A DNA stretch of 64,000 nt. It comes from Dicyema japonicum. Lineage: Eukaryota > Animalia > Dicyemida. Each line of letters begins with the position of its first letter. Position 1 is the stretch's first letter. This document shows positions 1 to 12,411 of this stretch, piece after piece. Location of the stretch: NCBI GenBank assembly GCA_011109175.1, contig RDEW01000013.1:1184767-1248766 (forward strand). The letters run 5' to 3'. Under the pieces are notes generated by a model. That model did no database searches. It saw nothing but the letters and a program-made list of their open reading frames with translations, and was not told where the DNA came from. The translations under genes were made by a program, and so were the position numbers.

Positions 1-1005
1 TTACATTTGTGTTTTGCGTTACTATGGTTCAAATACATAATTTTTTGGTCGATGATCCTCAGTAATCATAAATAGCCATGATAAACTAACATTACAAATC
101 ATCTAGCTTTGAGAAAACGAAATAAAAAAAGAATTTACGGAGAGTCAAATTAGGATGTTTAAAGACTTAGACATATTATGGATCTTTTATCCATATGGTT
201 TACTTTCCCTAACAATTTCCTAGGAACAAAATCGTCATTCGCTTAGCAAACTCTTCAGCTTTATCATACGAACCAACAGCCGAATATTAGCATTTTCTGA
301 GCTCATTTATTTGGATCCAAATTTATTTATTTTAATGCCTCAGGATTAACAACTCCGAATGCTTCCATGGCGAAAGAAACAAACGTTACATCCCTGGGAG
401 TTCAAAGTATTCTCGATGCATTAATATAACAGACTACCAAGAGAATAATTGTAATAAAGACCCATTCATGTAGAAAATCAATATTTTCCAATTAAATCAA
501 TTTATTGGAATGACTACAAAATTCAATTATTATAGGGAGATTTTTTTGAATTGCAAAGATCGGTCGCTTTCTACTTGTAAACTAGATAAAAATTAACATT
601 TTATTTGCTTTAACGATAACTTATTGAATTATCTTTATACCAGGATGGCCCAGTGTTATAAATCCATATGGTTCCAGATTTGAAACTTGCTGCTGTACAT
701 TCCAAAAAAAGTTTCACGCATCTACAATGCTTAGGGTTTGACGGGTGACATTGTTCACGGTGATTTCTCAAACGACAGGGTTAAAATATCTCAATATCAC
801 CTAGTAAAGAGGTTTTAAATGAAGGTTTTTGATTCTCTACAGATTGTAGTCTTAGTCTAATCAACTTGATTTGCGATAATAATCATGTTGTCTACATCAG
901 TAAAATATATTCTTTTGCCTGTTAGTCGCGTGAGAGCAAAATACATTTTTAAAATATGCATGCACATCTCGTTCAATATATAAGAACACATAAGTCAGCT
1001 AATTA

Positions 1006-1446
1006 ATGTTACCTTTACTGATAACATTTGTTTCTTTAGTAATGCACAGAGGACCATTCGACCAATCTCAAAATTTAGATGGTGAATTAATTATAGTTGA
1101 TTTAACCGAAGAACATTGTAAAAGAAGGTTTCAATCGCTTCGTAGTCAAATAAACGCTTTCAATGAAAGTCACTTTTATTTAAATAGTCATGTTAATGGC
1201 ATCCGAAACAAGAACAAAGATATTTGTAATGATGAATTTAATAATATAATGTATTATGCAACATTAGGACATCTTCGCGAAAATAATGAAAAATATAAGA
1301 GTGCTGACCCACAGACATTTTGCGAGAAAATTTCTTTTGTTAGAAAAGCACTGACAATACTTTCTGAAAGCCAGAATGCTACAACTAATAGATTAGAACT
1401 GTACTTGACTTGTGTGAAGAGCATGTCGTCTAATCGTGAGAATTAG
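1006..1446 (+). CDS. Small secreted Cys-containing protein, family copy 1. Two exons with a probable 30-nt in-frame intron at 1082-1111; about 136 aa spliced
   Basis: Hydrophobic N-terminus MLPLLITFVSLV. Exon 1 is 76 nt, as in copies 2-4. GT..AG intron at the position homologous to the 28-nt introns of the paralogs. Shared motifs CNxEyNNiMYyxTlGhLR, YC/FC and TCV. No domain recognised. Confidence 0.8.
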   Translation: MLPLLITFVSLVMHRGPFDQSQNLDGELIIVDLTEEHCKRRFQSLRSQINAFNESHFYLNSHVNGIRNKNKDICNDEFNNIMYYATLGHLRENNEKYKSADPQTFCEKISFVRKALTILSESQNATTNRLELYLTCVKSMSSNREN

Positions 1447-2249
1447 TCAGCTAATGGATAATTTTACTTTCTCAGTTAAAATCGTTATCAATAAATTTTC
1501 TTTATTCATTAAAATATAGAATGAAAATAATTAGTGTAATTGGGAACGAATTAGGCTAGTGCAGGTCAAAGGAAATAATCATCCCTTGGACATCGTTTGC
1601 TACGTCTAATTGTCTTCGATCTGATTTGTTCTAATTCTTTTGTTCTAACAAGTAAAACAAGCCAAATAAAGTATCTTGTCCAATTTACTAAACTGATCCG
1701 TTGATAGTTAAATTAATCCAAAATTATCATTACATCAGGTATAATTTTAAATTATAGACTTTTTGTTCATTATAAAGTTTTCTTTGTTGTTTTGTATTGT
1801 CGTGAAGTACTAAAATTGCATAAAATAACTTTATCATTTAGGATAGATGTGACCTCCAGTTCTATTCGTGTTAAGTCAACAATATTATTCACTCTTAGAT
1901 TTCGTTTGTGTTCAATATGCTCGAGTCAGAAGGTATTCTTTTCTGTTTATCGAGTTTTATGAATTATTATGGTTTTCGGAAACTCTAAAAATAACATTTT
2001 TAGGATTTTTAGAATTCCTGATATTCATAATCTGATATCACAATCATCATATATACAGTAAGATAGCTACTAGTTCTCTTTCCTTTTTTTACTGTAGTGG
2101 TATGTCATATGATCCACATGTTTCATGTTGTGTCCAGTTCAAAGGTGGCTCGAAAAAGGATCATTTATCTCCCACTGAGGTATCACGCAGTCATCACTAT
2201 TCTGGTTCTAATTGTTGAATGTTCCGCACATTTATGATGATTTGGTATT

Positions 2250-2445
2250 ACGATTGACGCTGTCATCAATAAATGCTTCACTGCAGAACCAGATTGTTCG
2301 AATAAGACACACATAGGAAAAAAAAAAAAAAAAAGTTAAAGGACATTACTTGGTTCCTCTCTCCCTTAATACGGTTCGTTACTCAAAGTGTGTCCTGTTT
2401 ATGCGGAACTATAAATAATAAGACTTTCGCGAAAAGGTTGTTAAT
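2250..2445 (+). mobile_element. Degenerate copy of SINE family A (body and RTE-type tail, no tRNA head)
   Basis: Aligns by eye to the 31265-31590 element (gacgctgtcatca..cactgcagaacc..gtgtgtcctgtttatgcggaactataaat..ctttcgcgaaaa). Confidence 0.6.
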
Positions 2446-3337
2446 ATTAATTTTTATTATATCGATAAAAATATAATTGAGTCGATTCTAACTTAATTTA
2501 ACATTTCTAATCTCAAAGTGAATTAATGATTTGAATGTTACGATGGTGACTTATCCATATTCTCTATTGCAATAAATTTCTGGTCAGCTTCTAAATGGCT
2601 AAACCTTTTCTTTATCGTAACGTGAGTTTGGACAAGGTAAAGTACTCAAAAACATCGGAAACCAGAGGTTCTAAACGAAGCACTGTCTTATGCTCGTAAT
2701 ATCTGAATTAAATCCCGTAAGCCAAAAAAATTAAAAATCTTTGAAGAAGTGTCATAATCGTGGAATGGTAGCTAAAATTCTCAACTAACGTCTATTCTGT
2801 AGACATAGTCCTTTTCTCAGTGGAATAAAAATTCGAAATTTCTTTGCTTTAAAAAATACTTGAAAGTTGAATATATCTCTAAGCAACCTTCTCGGAGGCG
2901 TGCAAAGAGCTGTCATTAGCTTCTACACGTAAACGAAACAGGGTTCTAAAATTTATTTAACTCAACAATAATTATTGAATAATCACATTAGCAAGATGTT
3001 CCAATGTTATAAATGATATAGTTCCAGGTTCGAATTTTGCTGATGTACATTCCAAAAGAAGGTTTCTCGCATCTGCGATGCTTATGGTTTGACGGGTGAT
3101 TTCTTGAAAGAGAGGGTCAAAAATATCTCAATGCCCCCTAGTTAAAAGGTTTTAATGGAAGTTGGGGATTATCACATATTGGAGTCTTAGTTTAAGCAAC
3201 TTGTGAGTGATACTAATCATGTTGTCGACATCAGGTAAAATATATTCTCAGCTGTTAGTCGTGTGAAAGCAAAATAAATTTATAAATATGCATTCACATC
3301 TTATTTTATATAAAAGAACATTTACGTTAGCCAAGTA

Positions 3338-3779
3338 ATGCTACCTTTTATGATAAGATTGATTTCTTTACTAATACAGAAAAGACTACTGGACCCAGCT
3401 CAAATATTACCAAGTAATTAAATTATAGGTAATTTTAATAGTTCAACAATGTGAAAGAAGGGCTATTTTTATTCTGGTGCAATTTTACAAATGGATACTA
3501 AGTCACTCTCAATTAAAAAATCACATTAATGGTATTCGAAATGAAAACAGGGATATTTGTAATGAAGAATATAATAATATAATGTATTATGCAACATTAG
3601 GGCATCTTCGCGAACTTAATGAAGAATTTAGAAGGGATAACCCAAAAACTTATTGCCAGAAAATTCCTTATATTCTTGAAGCACTGTCAATATTTACAGA
3701 TAACCAGAATGCGACAAATAATGGATTTGAACTTTACTGGGCGTGTGTGGAAAGTACATCGTCTAATGTTGAGAATTAG
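3338..3779 (+). CDS. Secreted family copy 2, intact. Exons 3338-3413 and 3442-3779, 28-nt intron, about 137 aa
   Basis: Splicing gtaattaaattataggtaattttaatag joins MLPFMIRLISLLIQ... in frame to ORF 3477-3779. Clear paralog of copy 1. Confidence 0.8.
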
Positions 3780-3916
3780 TTAACTAGTTGATAATTTTAC
3801 TTTCTCGGTTAAAACGTTATCAATAAATTTTCTATATTCATTAAAATATCAGGTTTATAATAGTTAGAAGGTATAAGCAACAAATCAGGCTACAGCTGGC
3901 AAGCGGAAGATCGTTA

Positions 3917-4104
3917 TAAAAAATTAAAATAATTCCAATGACCAAGAGTAACCAAACTAACTAACTCATTGATCCTGACTTGTTCCAGCGTTCCAGAAGT
4001 TGTCTCCAAGAAACAGATAGTCCCCGGGGAAGAATAGTTGGATCCTCTTGATGCCGGACAGGCATTATGCATCTCCTCAGTAAAGTGATCCATTGATGCC
4101 ATCG
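3917..4104 (-). mobile_element. SINE-like family C copy (pseudoknot core plus LINE-derived tail, head absent)
   Basis: Reverse complement aligns to 38063-38290 and 43757-43970. Confidence 0.75.
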
Positions 4105-5503
4105 ACTCCATGAATTTTTTTGGGATTCCATGAATTTTTTCTTGTTTTTCTGCACCTCTCCTTGGCAAATCATATCATAGCGTTTACTGCACTGAACAGA
4201 GACTTAATCGCTAGTGATGTGTCAGATCTAATTAAAATAGATTTCCTAAGAAAAATCTGTTGATGCAATCAACAAATTTGTCCTTGAGTCTCTTGTACCT
4301 ATTAGTCTATTGGGAGTTCCCTTTTAACAATTTCTTAAGGGAAATGTCATCAGTCGGTTAGCAAACTCTTCAGCTTTATCATGCGGACTGAATGCCGAAT
4401 TTTTAGCATTTTGCTGATTTCATTTATTTGGCTCCGAATTTTTTTTAATTTTATTGCCCAAGGATCAATGTGTTAAAAGAGAAAAAATGTCCTCTGCTGA
4501 CTAAGTGATCTCAAATCATTAAGAGATCGCAGATTTGAATGCATAGCTAATCTATTTGCAGGGGGAACATGCTAGAATTATCAACTGCGTTTACTGTCCT
4601 CCCCTTATCAACAACGATTAATTGGTGAGAAGATTATTTCAGTACGTCTACTTTAAGTAATTAAGTTATGTGCGAAAATAATAATATGAACGGTAGGGTT
4701 TGTCAACAGACTTCTACACAGACAGCCTCACAAGAAATCAACAAAATCATGGTTATATTTGAAACTCATGGTTAAGTCTCAAATACTTTAGTTCGGTCTT
4801 TGTAACCTCGAATAAGATTTTCGATAGTTCCACCAACCTTGCAAATTTTTCCTTCCACCACAGAAAAAGGGTACACGAAAATTTACCTCGTAAGCATGCT
4901 TCAGAGCAAATTGCGAGTTTTCTCAGATTTTTTAAAAATTAACTGTCTCCTTTTCGGTTCGTACCGTTGTTCTTAACCGTTGAACATTCAAGGAAATATT
5001 GGGAAGTAGATGATATTAAAAATGGTCTCCTACTCGATTTTAACTTTCTAACTCATAACAGAGCGTTTGTAGCTTTTTTTTTCGTATTTCGGAATGATTC
5101 ATGAAAATACCTCCCTGGTCAATTGAGAGGGCAAGGTATTTCAAAGCCTTCTTCTGAGATATGTTTTGTAACGTGTCTTTATTTAATTAGCCTCCTGCTT
5201 CCATTTATCCTCACCACACTACGCTTCTCATCTGCGACTAAAAGAAAGTTTTCATTACACAAATCTTCGATCAGTTCCATATATTTCTTAAACCGTTGGG
5301 TTTAAAGAGACATGATAAGTTATGACGTCATCAGCGTACATCAAGATTTCTGTACGTGGGTTTTCTTGGGAAGGCAATTTACTCATTACAATGTTAATAG
5401 AAGAGGACTGAGAACTGAATTCCTATCGACACCTCTGTTCAGTCAAATTTCACGAGAATCATATTTTAAAAATTAAAAATTGATTTATTATCCTTATTTT
5501 TTA

Positions 5504-5660
5504 CCACATGGTGCAATGTGGTGTTATAAGGCTAGTTTGTTACATAATATTTTCCTTCCTTTCGATGGCGTCCTTGGAATCATTTTACTGATGAGACGCT
5601 CAATGCCTGGCCGACATCAAGAGGATCCAATTCTTCTTTTCCGGGGAGACAAGTTCTGGA
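5504..5660 (+). mobile_element. SINE-like family C copy, 3' truncated
   Basis: Palindromic head at 5504-5521 and core at 5567-5628, homologous to the other C copies. Confidence 0.7.
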
Positions 5661-5674
5661 ATTAAATTAAATTA

Positions 5675-5988
5675 ATTAACCCCGGATACACCGAGAAAAA
5701 AGTTAAAGTAAACAACTAATTAAGTGTATCCAGTTTCCATTTATACAGAAACAGACTCCATTGGAAATCAGCATAAAACGAATAAGACGTCCATCCTTGC
5801 AGTTGTGGAAACCCCTCAAGTGGAGTGGGGGAGAGCAAATGATCCTTTTTTGTGCCGGCCAGGCACTGGGCGCCACCTGGACAGGTGGATCACATGACGC
5901 CACTCTAATAGAAAGAGAGATGAGAAACAGACAAACAAACATAAAATTTAATCCATTAGGCATGCAGCACCACATGGCGCCACGCGAC
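5675..5988 (-). mobile_element. SINE-like family B copy (~310 bp)
   Basis: High similarity to 41602-41915 and 51945-52260. Ends in gtgtatccgggg followed by (ttaat)-like repeats. Confidence 0.8.
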
Positions 5989-6159
5989 AAAATTTTTTTT
6001 TTCTGGAATAATGGAATGAGTCAGGATAAAGGAGTTAGTTTGTTTGGTCCCTTGATCTTTGAAATAATTTTTATTCAATTAATTTAATTATTCAAAAATA
6101 AAATTTCTTTTCAACAACATTCATTTTTTTAAATAGTTATCCGAAAATTAAATCTCCAA

Positions 6160-7190
6160 ATCAGCCACCTCTCGAATCCGCCGCATATTTTCGAAAATAC
6201 AAAATTTCTTATGAGAAATCCTCGAATCCGCCAATTTCTCGAATCCGCCCATTTTTAAAAATATTTATTTTTTATTTTTTTAATTCAAAAATACTTCTAA
6301 ATGAGACATTATCATTTTTGTCTTGTTGGTCTTAATGAAACGTAATTGACAAGATTAAAAAATTCTGAAAAACTCCAAATTATAAAATTTATCGATCAAA
6401 ATCCAGGGATTTCGCTTACAAGAGTGTTCAAAATCTTTCAGACAGATTCAGACGTGTTATTTAAATGACCTGAGGAGCAAAAGGAATGTTTCCACCTTGT
6501 TTTTTCAGAATTATCTCGGAATCCATATTTGAAATTCAATGAAATCGATGAGGATATCATGTCATGGATTAAACTTATGGAAACCAAAGGAGCAATTCTT
6601 AATGACGCGATTACAAAGGCGGAGGGTTTATAAAGAAACACCAAATAGCTGATTTTAAAGCCAGTAGTGGATGGCTAGAGAATTTAAAGGACGAAATGGG
6701 TTGAAATTGATAAAAACTTTATGGAGAATCATTTTCAGAGAATTTCTCAAATTCCGAAGTTAATGATTTTTTCAATAATATAAAACCAAAAATAAAATAA
6801 ATGGTCGAGATAATGTCTATAATGCAAATGAGACTAGATTATTTAAAAAACTCTTATATGCAAAAGCATTTGCAAGATAAAGAGATTCTGGCATAAATTA
6901 TTGAAGGATAGAACATCGATAATGCTTTGTTAAAATTGGTACTAATAAACTAACACCATTCATAATTGGAAAATTCAAAAACCCTAGGTGCTTTAAAAAT
7001 TTTAGCTAGCAAAGTTTTATAACCCATAATAATTCCAGAAGATGAGTTTTTCTCTATTAGTATACAGAGAATAAAGAGATCCTTGAAAATTTGGATAAAA
7101 TTGATGAAGACAGAATGCATTAATGGTGGAGGACAATAGAATGAACAAGTTGTTTTAGACTGCAATGCAGTGAATGCTGTCTATACACTG
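6160..7190 (+). mobile_element. Decayed pogo/Tigger (CENP-B-like HTH + DDE) transposon
   Basis: Broken translation includes KLQIIKFIDQNPGIS, DEDIMSWIKLMETKGAILND, DNVYNANET and IGKFKNPRCFKN. Three ctcgaatccgcc subterminal repeats at 6170-6250. Confidence 0.7.
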
Positions 7191-7735
7191 AGGAAATACT
7201 TCAAACAGAAGAATGAAGTTGAACTAAACTTATGGTTCTATGTTCGACTCTTGCTGCTGTATATTCAAACTGATGGTTTCACACATCTATGAATCTAAGG
7301 GTTTGACTTGCATTTACTCGTAAACGAAGCAGGGGTTAAAATTATTTACTTCAGCAATAACTTATTTAATAACCTAAAACGGGATGACACATGTTATTAA
7401 TTCATATGGGACTGAATCGAATCTTGCTGCTGTACATTCAAAGGGTTCGACTTCTACGATTCTAAGGTTTCGACGGGTGACGTCGTCATCAGTGAATTGA
7501 TCGAATTAGAGGGTTAAAAAATCTCAATACTCATAGTAAAAAGGTTTTAAACAGCAAACAAAATTTTCATTATTGGATTATTGGTTTTAGAATCAGGATT
7601 GGTAATTATATTAATGTTCTCGATATCAGATAGAGTATATTCTCTAGGCTGTTTGCTGTATGAAGGCAAAATACATTTTTTAAATTTGCATGCACATCGC
7701 GTTAAATATAAAAGAACACATACGTTAGCAAATTA

Positions 7736-8176
7736 ATGTTAACTTTACTGATGACATTGGTTTCTTTAGTAATTAACAGCGTACCAATAAATTCAACTCA
7801 AAGATTACAAGGTAATTTTATAATAGTTGATTTTACTAGATCAACAATGTGAAAGAAAGGCTATTAGGCTTGCAGTGCGAATTGACGAATGTAGGGGATA
7901 ATCTTGGAATTAAAATCCAGCGTTGATGCTATCCGAAATGAGAATGAAGATAATTCTAACGAAGAATATAATAATTTAATGTATTATTGCACATTAGGGT
8001 ATCTTCGGGAACATTATGAACATTTAAAAAGGGATAACCCAACGACTTATTGTGGCCAAATTCCCTATCTAAAGATAGCACTGTTAATGATTTACGATAA
8101 CGTGAAAGCCACAAATACAAGATTAAGTGAGTACACTACATGTGTAAATAGTACACCGTCTAATCATGATAATTAG
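7736..8176 (+). CDS. Secreted family copy 3. Intron 7812-7839; one -1 frameshift at the GGGG run near 7873 (pseudogene or assembly error)
   Basis: Same exon structure as the other copies. Reading frame shifts between DEC and LELKSSVDAIRN. Confidence 0.7.
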
Positions 8177-9049
8177 TTAACTAATGGATAATTTCACTTT
8201 TCCGATTAAATAGTTCTTTATTCATTAAACAATTAGAGTGGCATTAGCAATAATTCAGGCTATAGCTGGCCGGACATAGGAAACTAATGAAATACTCATC
8301 CTTTAAAGATCGTTCCGTTTTGTCTAATTGTCTCTATTATATCTGGACTGAAAGAATTGGGAAACGAGTTTTAATGAAATTGGTTATTCGATTTAGAAAT
8401 TTTAAAGTTCCTCGGATTTGGCGTAGTTTGTTGCTATCACAATGTCTCTTGAAAACAGAGTCTGATTTGTTGCTAACTTATTTTTCTTTGAATTATTAAA
8501 AGAGCACAAAATAAATTTTCATGCTAAATTTAACAAAATTAGATATTAATAGTTAAATGAATCCAAAATTATCTTTACATCAGATTTTTAAGGAGAAAAC
8601 GATTTATCATGAAACAAGACAATCAAAATTATCCAGCTGATCAAATGGAATGGCTGTTTATTAGGACAACTGCCAGAGAAATCTATTGGAACAACCATTC
8701 AGTTTCCAGATGCTCATTATAGAGCATAAACTTTTTTTTGCTTTAACTCAAAAAACAACATTTTTAGGATTTTTAGAATTGCTATTTTTATAATCTGATA
8801 TGAAAATAATAATATATTCACCATTATAGCTGTTCTTTCTCTTATCATGTTCTACTAGAGTGGTGTGTTATGATATACCTGTTTCCTGCTGCGGCCAGTG
8901 CTAGAGTATCATGATAAAGGATTATCTGTTTTCTCACACTCCTTGTGAGTGCTTCCAAAAGCAAGGATGAAAAGTCTTATTCATTTTTCATCGTTTCTAG
9001 ATTCACTTAAGTGGAATATTGGTACGTCTGTGTTTCATCGCTGCGGAAT

Positions 9050-9690
9050 CGGATTTTTCCGCATTTTCCGCCCTTTATGAAAAAGTTTCCTAACTCCTTA
9101 CAGATACGTTGGGACCCCTGGCGATTTATCAACGTTTCCGTTTCTGAAAAAAGACTGGGATGGATATGGTGTCTGATTGCATTTGCTACATGATCATCCG
9201 CAAGAGCGTTCACACTTGCTAGACCTACAAGGGGGAAGAGTGAATCTCTAAGTAGAACATGCATATTCAATCGTCGTTAGTATAACTTGGAGATATAGTT
9301 TGCAGATACAAGCAGTAGCTGGAAAGGCATCTTCTTATGTAACTTTTAAGACGCTCCATTTTCGAAGACCCTTTGTTAACAGTTCTTCCTTGTTTTTTAA
9401 AACGTCATAAGAAAGTCAAATGTCACTCCAAAGATCTACTGGATTCGCGTATAAGGAATCGGAATGTTTTATGAGGAATATCTCAAGTCCACCCTTAAAT
9501 CTCCTGTCTTTAGTAAATAGGCAGAACTGAGACATTGATGCAGACACAAACAACAAATTAACGGATAGCCAGTCACACACCTGGTTGAGGTGTGATTGAA
9601 CCACCACCGCATCCCTGGAAAGAAATTCCTCCCTTGCAGCAATAATCAGGTCGTCCGCGTAGGATAAACACATAGTGTCTTGATCTTTGG
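9050..9690 (-). mobile_element. Decayed I/Jockey-like non-LTR RT fragment, duplicated at 18030-18640 and partly at 24480-24720
   Basis: YADDLIIAA, then LNQVCDWLSVN, then LGVTFD- and IEYACS-like thumb motifs in broken frames. Confidence 0.7.
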
Positions 9691-10665
9691 ACCTCTATTA
9701 ATTTCAAATGGGAAGGAATATGCTCCAACCTGATACAGCAAGTATAAAGACATCTTAGATATTCATAGAGTGCCGGGGTGCATCATTGAAAAACTCATAG
9801 CGATCAGGAAAGAGACTATTAGCAAAGCTATCGTCCCTTCCCACCCTTGTTTTTGGAACCACTATCGTTTTCATTAGTCTCATTTTGCTATGAGGGCCGC
9901 ATTTTGTAATAATTTATATAAACTTTCTAACAATAGCCAGTGTCAATATTGAGTACGAGCTTACCCAGGATTACCCTCGGAAACGGCTGAGACTATAAAG
10001 AAAAAGAAATACAAATGTATCGCTGGGCAGTTCATTTATGAACAAGTCGTCGTCAAATATTTGTACTCATTGGAAACAGATACTGACCCTGCTGAACCTT
10101 AATGGATCGTTTATCATGAGGAGGAAAAAATAAGAGAGAAAGGAGCTGGCTTATTAAACTCATTTCTTTCACGAATTAAAATAAATAAAAAACAAGTATT
10201 AGTGATAAATTTATGTGAAAACACAAGTAAAAAAGTTTGAAGAATTGCAGATATTAATCAAATTATTTTTATTTTTTGTTAGATTTTTGCTTTAGGTTTG
10301 TAAAAGTATACAACTTTCGGAAGTGATTGAATGTTTAGAAGAAAGCCTGCATCTTCCACTTACCATGAAAATGAAAGAGGTGTGAGGCTCGGTAGATATA
10401 AGAAACTCTAAATTTAAGATCGAATGGAGATACGGGTTCGAATATCGGAAAACAAAAAAAAACTTGGAAGATAAATATCAGAAACAGCATGTTTAGAATG
10501 ATTCTAAGTATGTTGTTGATCATAATAAAAATAACAAAATTACGTGTTGGAATAAAGTATAACAATGAAGGACAAGTAAAGTTTATAAAAATGTAGGAAT
10601 AAGCCATAATAGTCTTATTATTATTATTATTATTTATTAAAGCACTTTCACGAAAGCCACAATGA

Positions 10666-12315
10666 TTATAGCCCCGCATGTGCAACACTCAAAGAAACAA
10701 TATTTATAGTTAGTCTTTTCCATCTTCCTCTGTCGAATGCGAGTGATCTCAATTCGTCCAGGTCGTCTCCCGTCTTTAGATTTTTTCTCACACGATTTAA
10801 GTCTTTGTTTAGGGCTGTCGGAAGTGTCGATCTAGGTCGTCCGCGGAAGGGTTTTTCGCATCTGTCAAAGTAATCTTCCATCGCTTTGTTAGCGGGTGCG
10901 TCCGGGTTCATTCTTAGTACATGCCCAAATAGCCTCCACCGGGCATCTATCACATCCTTGCTGATGTAAGAACACATACACTTGTTGTAGATACCAGTGG
11001 TTGATATTCTACGTGGCCACTCCATTCCGAGTAAGCTTCTTAGTTGCCTTCTATGGAACGAATCCAGTTTCAATAGTTCTTTGTTGAAGGAACTTCCCCA
11101 TGTCCCAGCGTTATACAGTAGGATCGGTTTCACAAACGCGTTGTAAAGCCTGCATCTGATGTCAATTCCAAGTCCTTTGGCCCTTAGCCATCCTTTCTTC
11201 AGTTTAGCCATTGCCGCATTTGCCAGTGTTTTCCTCCTTAGTACATCTTCAGCGTCTCCTAGTAGAGAGCCGAGCTTATTAGTACGTCTCCATCTTTCAT
11301 GAGTAATATCGTCTTCTCTTTTGATTTCCGTAATTTCAGTTTTGTTAACATTTACGCTGAGAAACCATTTCTCAAGCTCCGCAGGTGCATTTTCTAGCAG
11401 GTGTTGGAGTGCGGTCACATCCCGTGATACAAAATCCACATCATCCGCATAAGATGTCTCTTCTATGTCTCCTATATAGCATTTACGGAGGTCGCGGAGT
11501 GCAGATTCAAGGTATATGGTGAATAGTAAAGGGGAGAGGGAATCACCCTGGGGTGTCCCAATCGTTGTTTTGAAACTGCGGGAAGTTGCTCCTTCTGTCC
11601 TCACAGATAGTCTTGTGTTCGCAAGTAGTAGTCTGATTATCCTAACCGACGATTCATCCAATATTTGCTCAAGCACATTCATCAGTTTCTGTCTGTTTAT
11701 TGAGTCGAAAGCTCTGGAGAGATCTATTCCCAACACGGTTGTTGCGCTCTTGAATCTTTGGTGCGTTGCGCAGCGCCATCTGTGGCTCCATACAATGTCT
11801 GCCGTAGACCTCCCTTCTCGGAACCCACTTTGACTTGCTGGTAGGTATAGATCCGCCACACCCTTTATCCGGCTTAGTGCAATGTTTGCCAGCACCTTGC
11901 GTATCGAATTCAGAAGTATTATCGGGCGGAGATTTTCTACTGGTCCTTTTGATTTGTTCGGTTTTTGTATGGGTATTAATAATCCATTTCCAAGTCCTAG
12001 ATCGGTATTAGTTTCAAAGACGTCATTTAGGGTTTTTGCAATTGTGTCGCTAAGTTTTTTTGGCCCATATTTTAGGAGCTCAGGGCTTATGTTGTCCGGC
12101 CCAGCACTCTTGTTGTTCTTCAGTTTATTTATCGCTAATTCCACCTCTTCCACTGTGATTGGGATTTTTAGCGCCTTTGCTTCTCCCTGGAAAGGGGGAA
12201 AGTCATTATTTTCTTTATTCAACAGTGTTTCGAAGTGTCGTGCAATCAATTCTGCTTTTTCTTCCGGGTTACCCACTTTGTCCTTTCTTTGTCCGCAGCA
12301 GCCGCAAAGCCGCAT
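10666..12315 (-). CDS. RTE reverse transcriptase (RT and thumb region of the single ORF)
   Basis: Motifs KSAGPDNI, RPIILL, QSGFREGRST, IDLSRAFDS, QGDSLSPLLF, YADD, RWRLFGHVLR, RGRP. Confidence 0.93.
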   Translation of the reverse strand: MRLCGCCGQRKDKVGNPEEKAELIARHFETLLNKENNDFPPFQGEAKALKIPITVEEVELAINKLKNNKSAGPDNISPELLKYGPKKLSDTIAKTLNDVFETNTDLGLGNGLLIPIQKPNKSKGPVENLRPIILLNSIRKVLANIALSRIKGVADLYLPASQSGFREGRSTADIVWSHRWRCATHQRFKSATTVLGIDLSRAFDSINRQKLMNVLEQILDESSVRIIRLLLANTRLSVRTEGATSRSFKTTIGTPQGDSLSPLLFTIYLESALRDLRKCYIGDIEETSYADDVDFVSRDVTALQHLLENAPAELEKWFLSVNVNKTEITEIKREDDITHERWRRTNKLGSLLGDAEDVLRRKTLANAAMAKLKKGWLRAKGLGIDIRCRLYNAFVKPILLYNAGTWGSSFNKELLKLDSFHRRQLRSLLGMEWPRRISTTGIYNKCMCSYISKDVIDARWRLFGHVLRMNPDAPANKAMEDYFDRCEKPFRGRPRSTLPTALNKDLNRVRKNLKTGDDLDELRSLAFDRGRWKRLTINIVSLSVAHAGL

Positions 12316-12411
12316 ACATCCTTGAATTGTCTTTTAGGCATTCCACATCTTTTAATAGGGATGTAATAATTTCCCGTGAGTGTTTTCTGTTCATCTTTTT
12401 GATTTTCCACT

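Noticed and set aside
8287-8499. Recurrent MKYSS.. ORFs downstream of family copies 3-5
   Set aside because: They recur only because of the segmental duplication; their ends vary, and there is no recognisable domain or conserved frame in copies 1 and 2.
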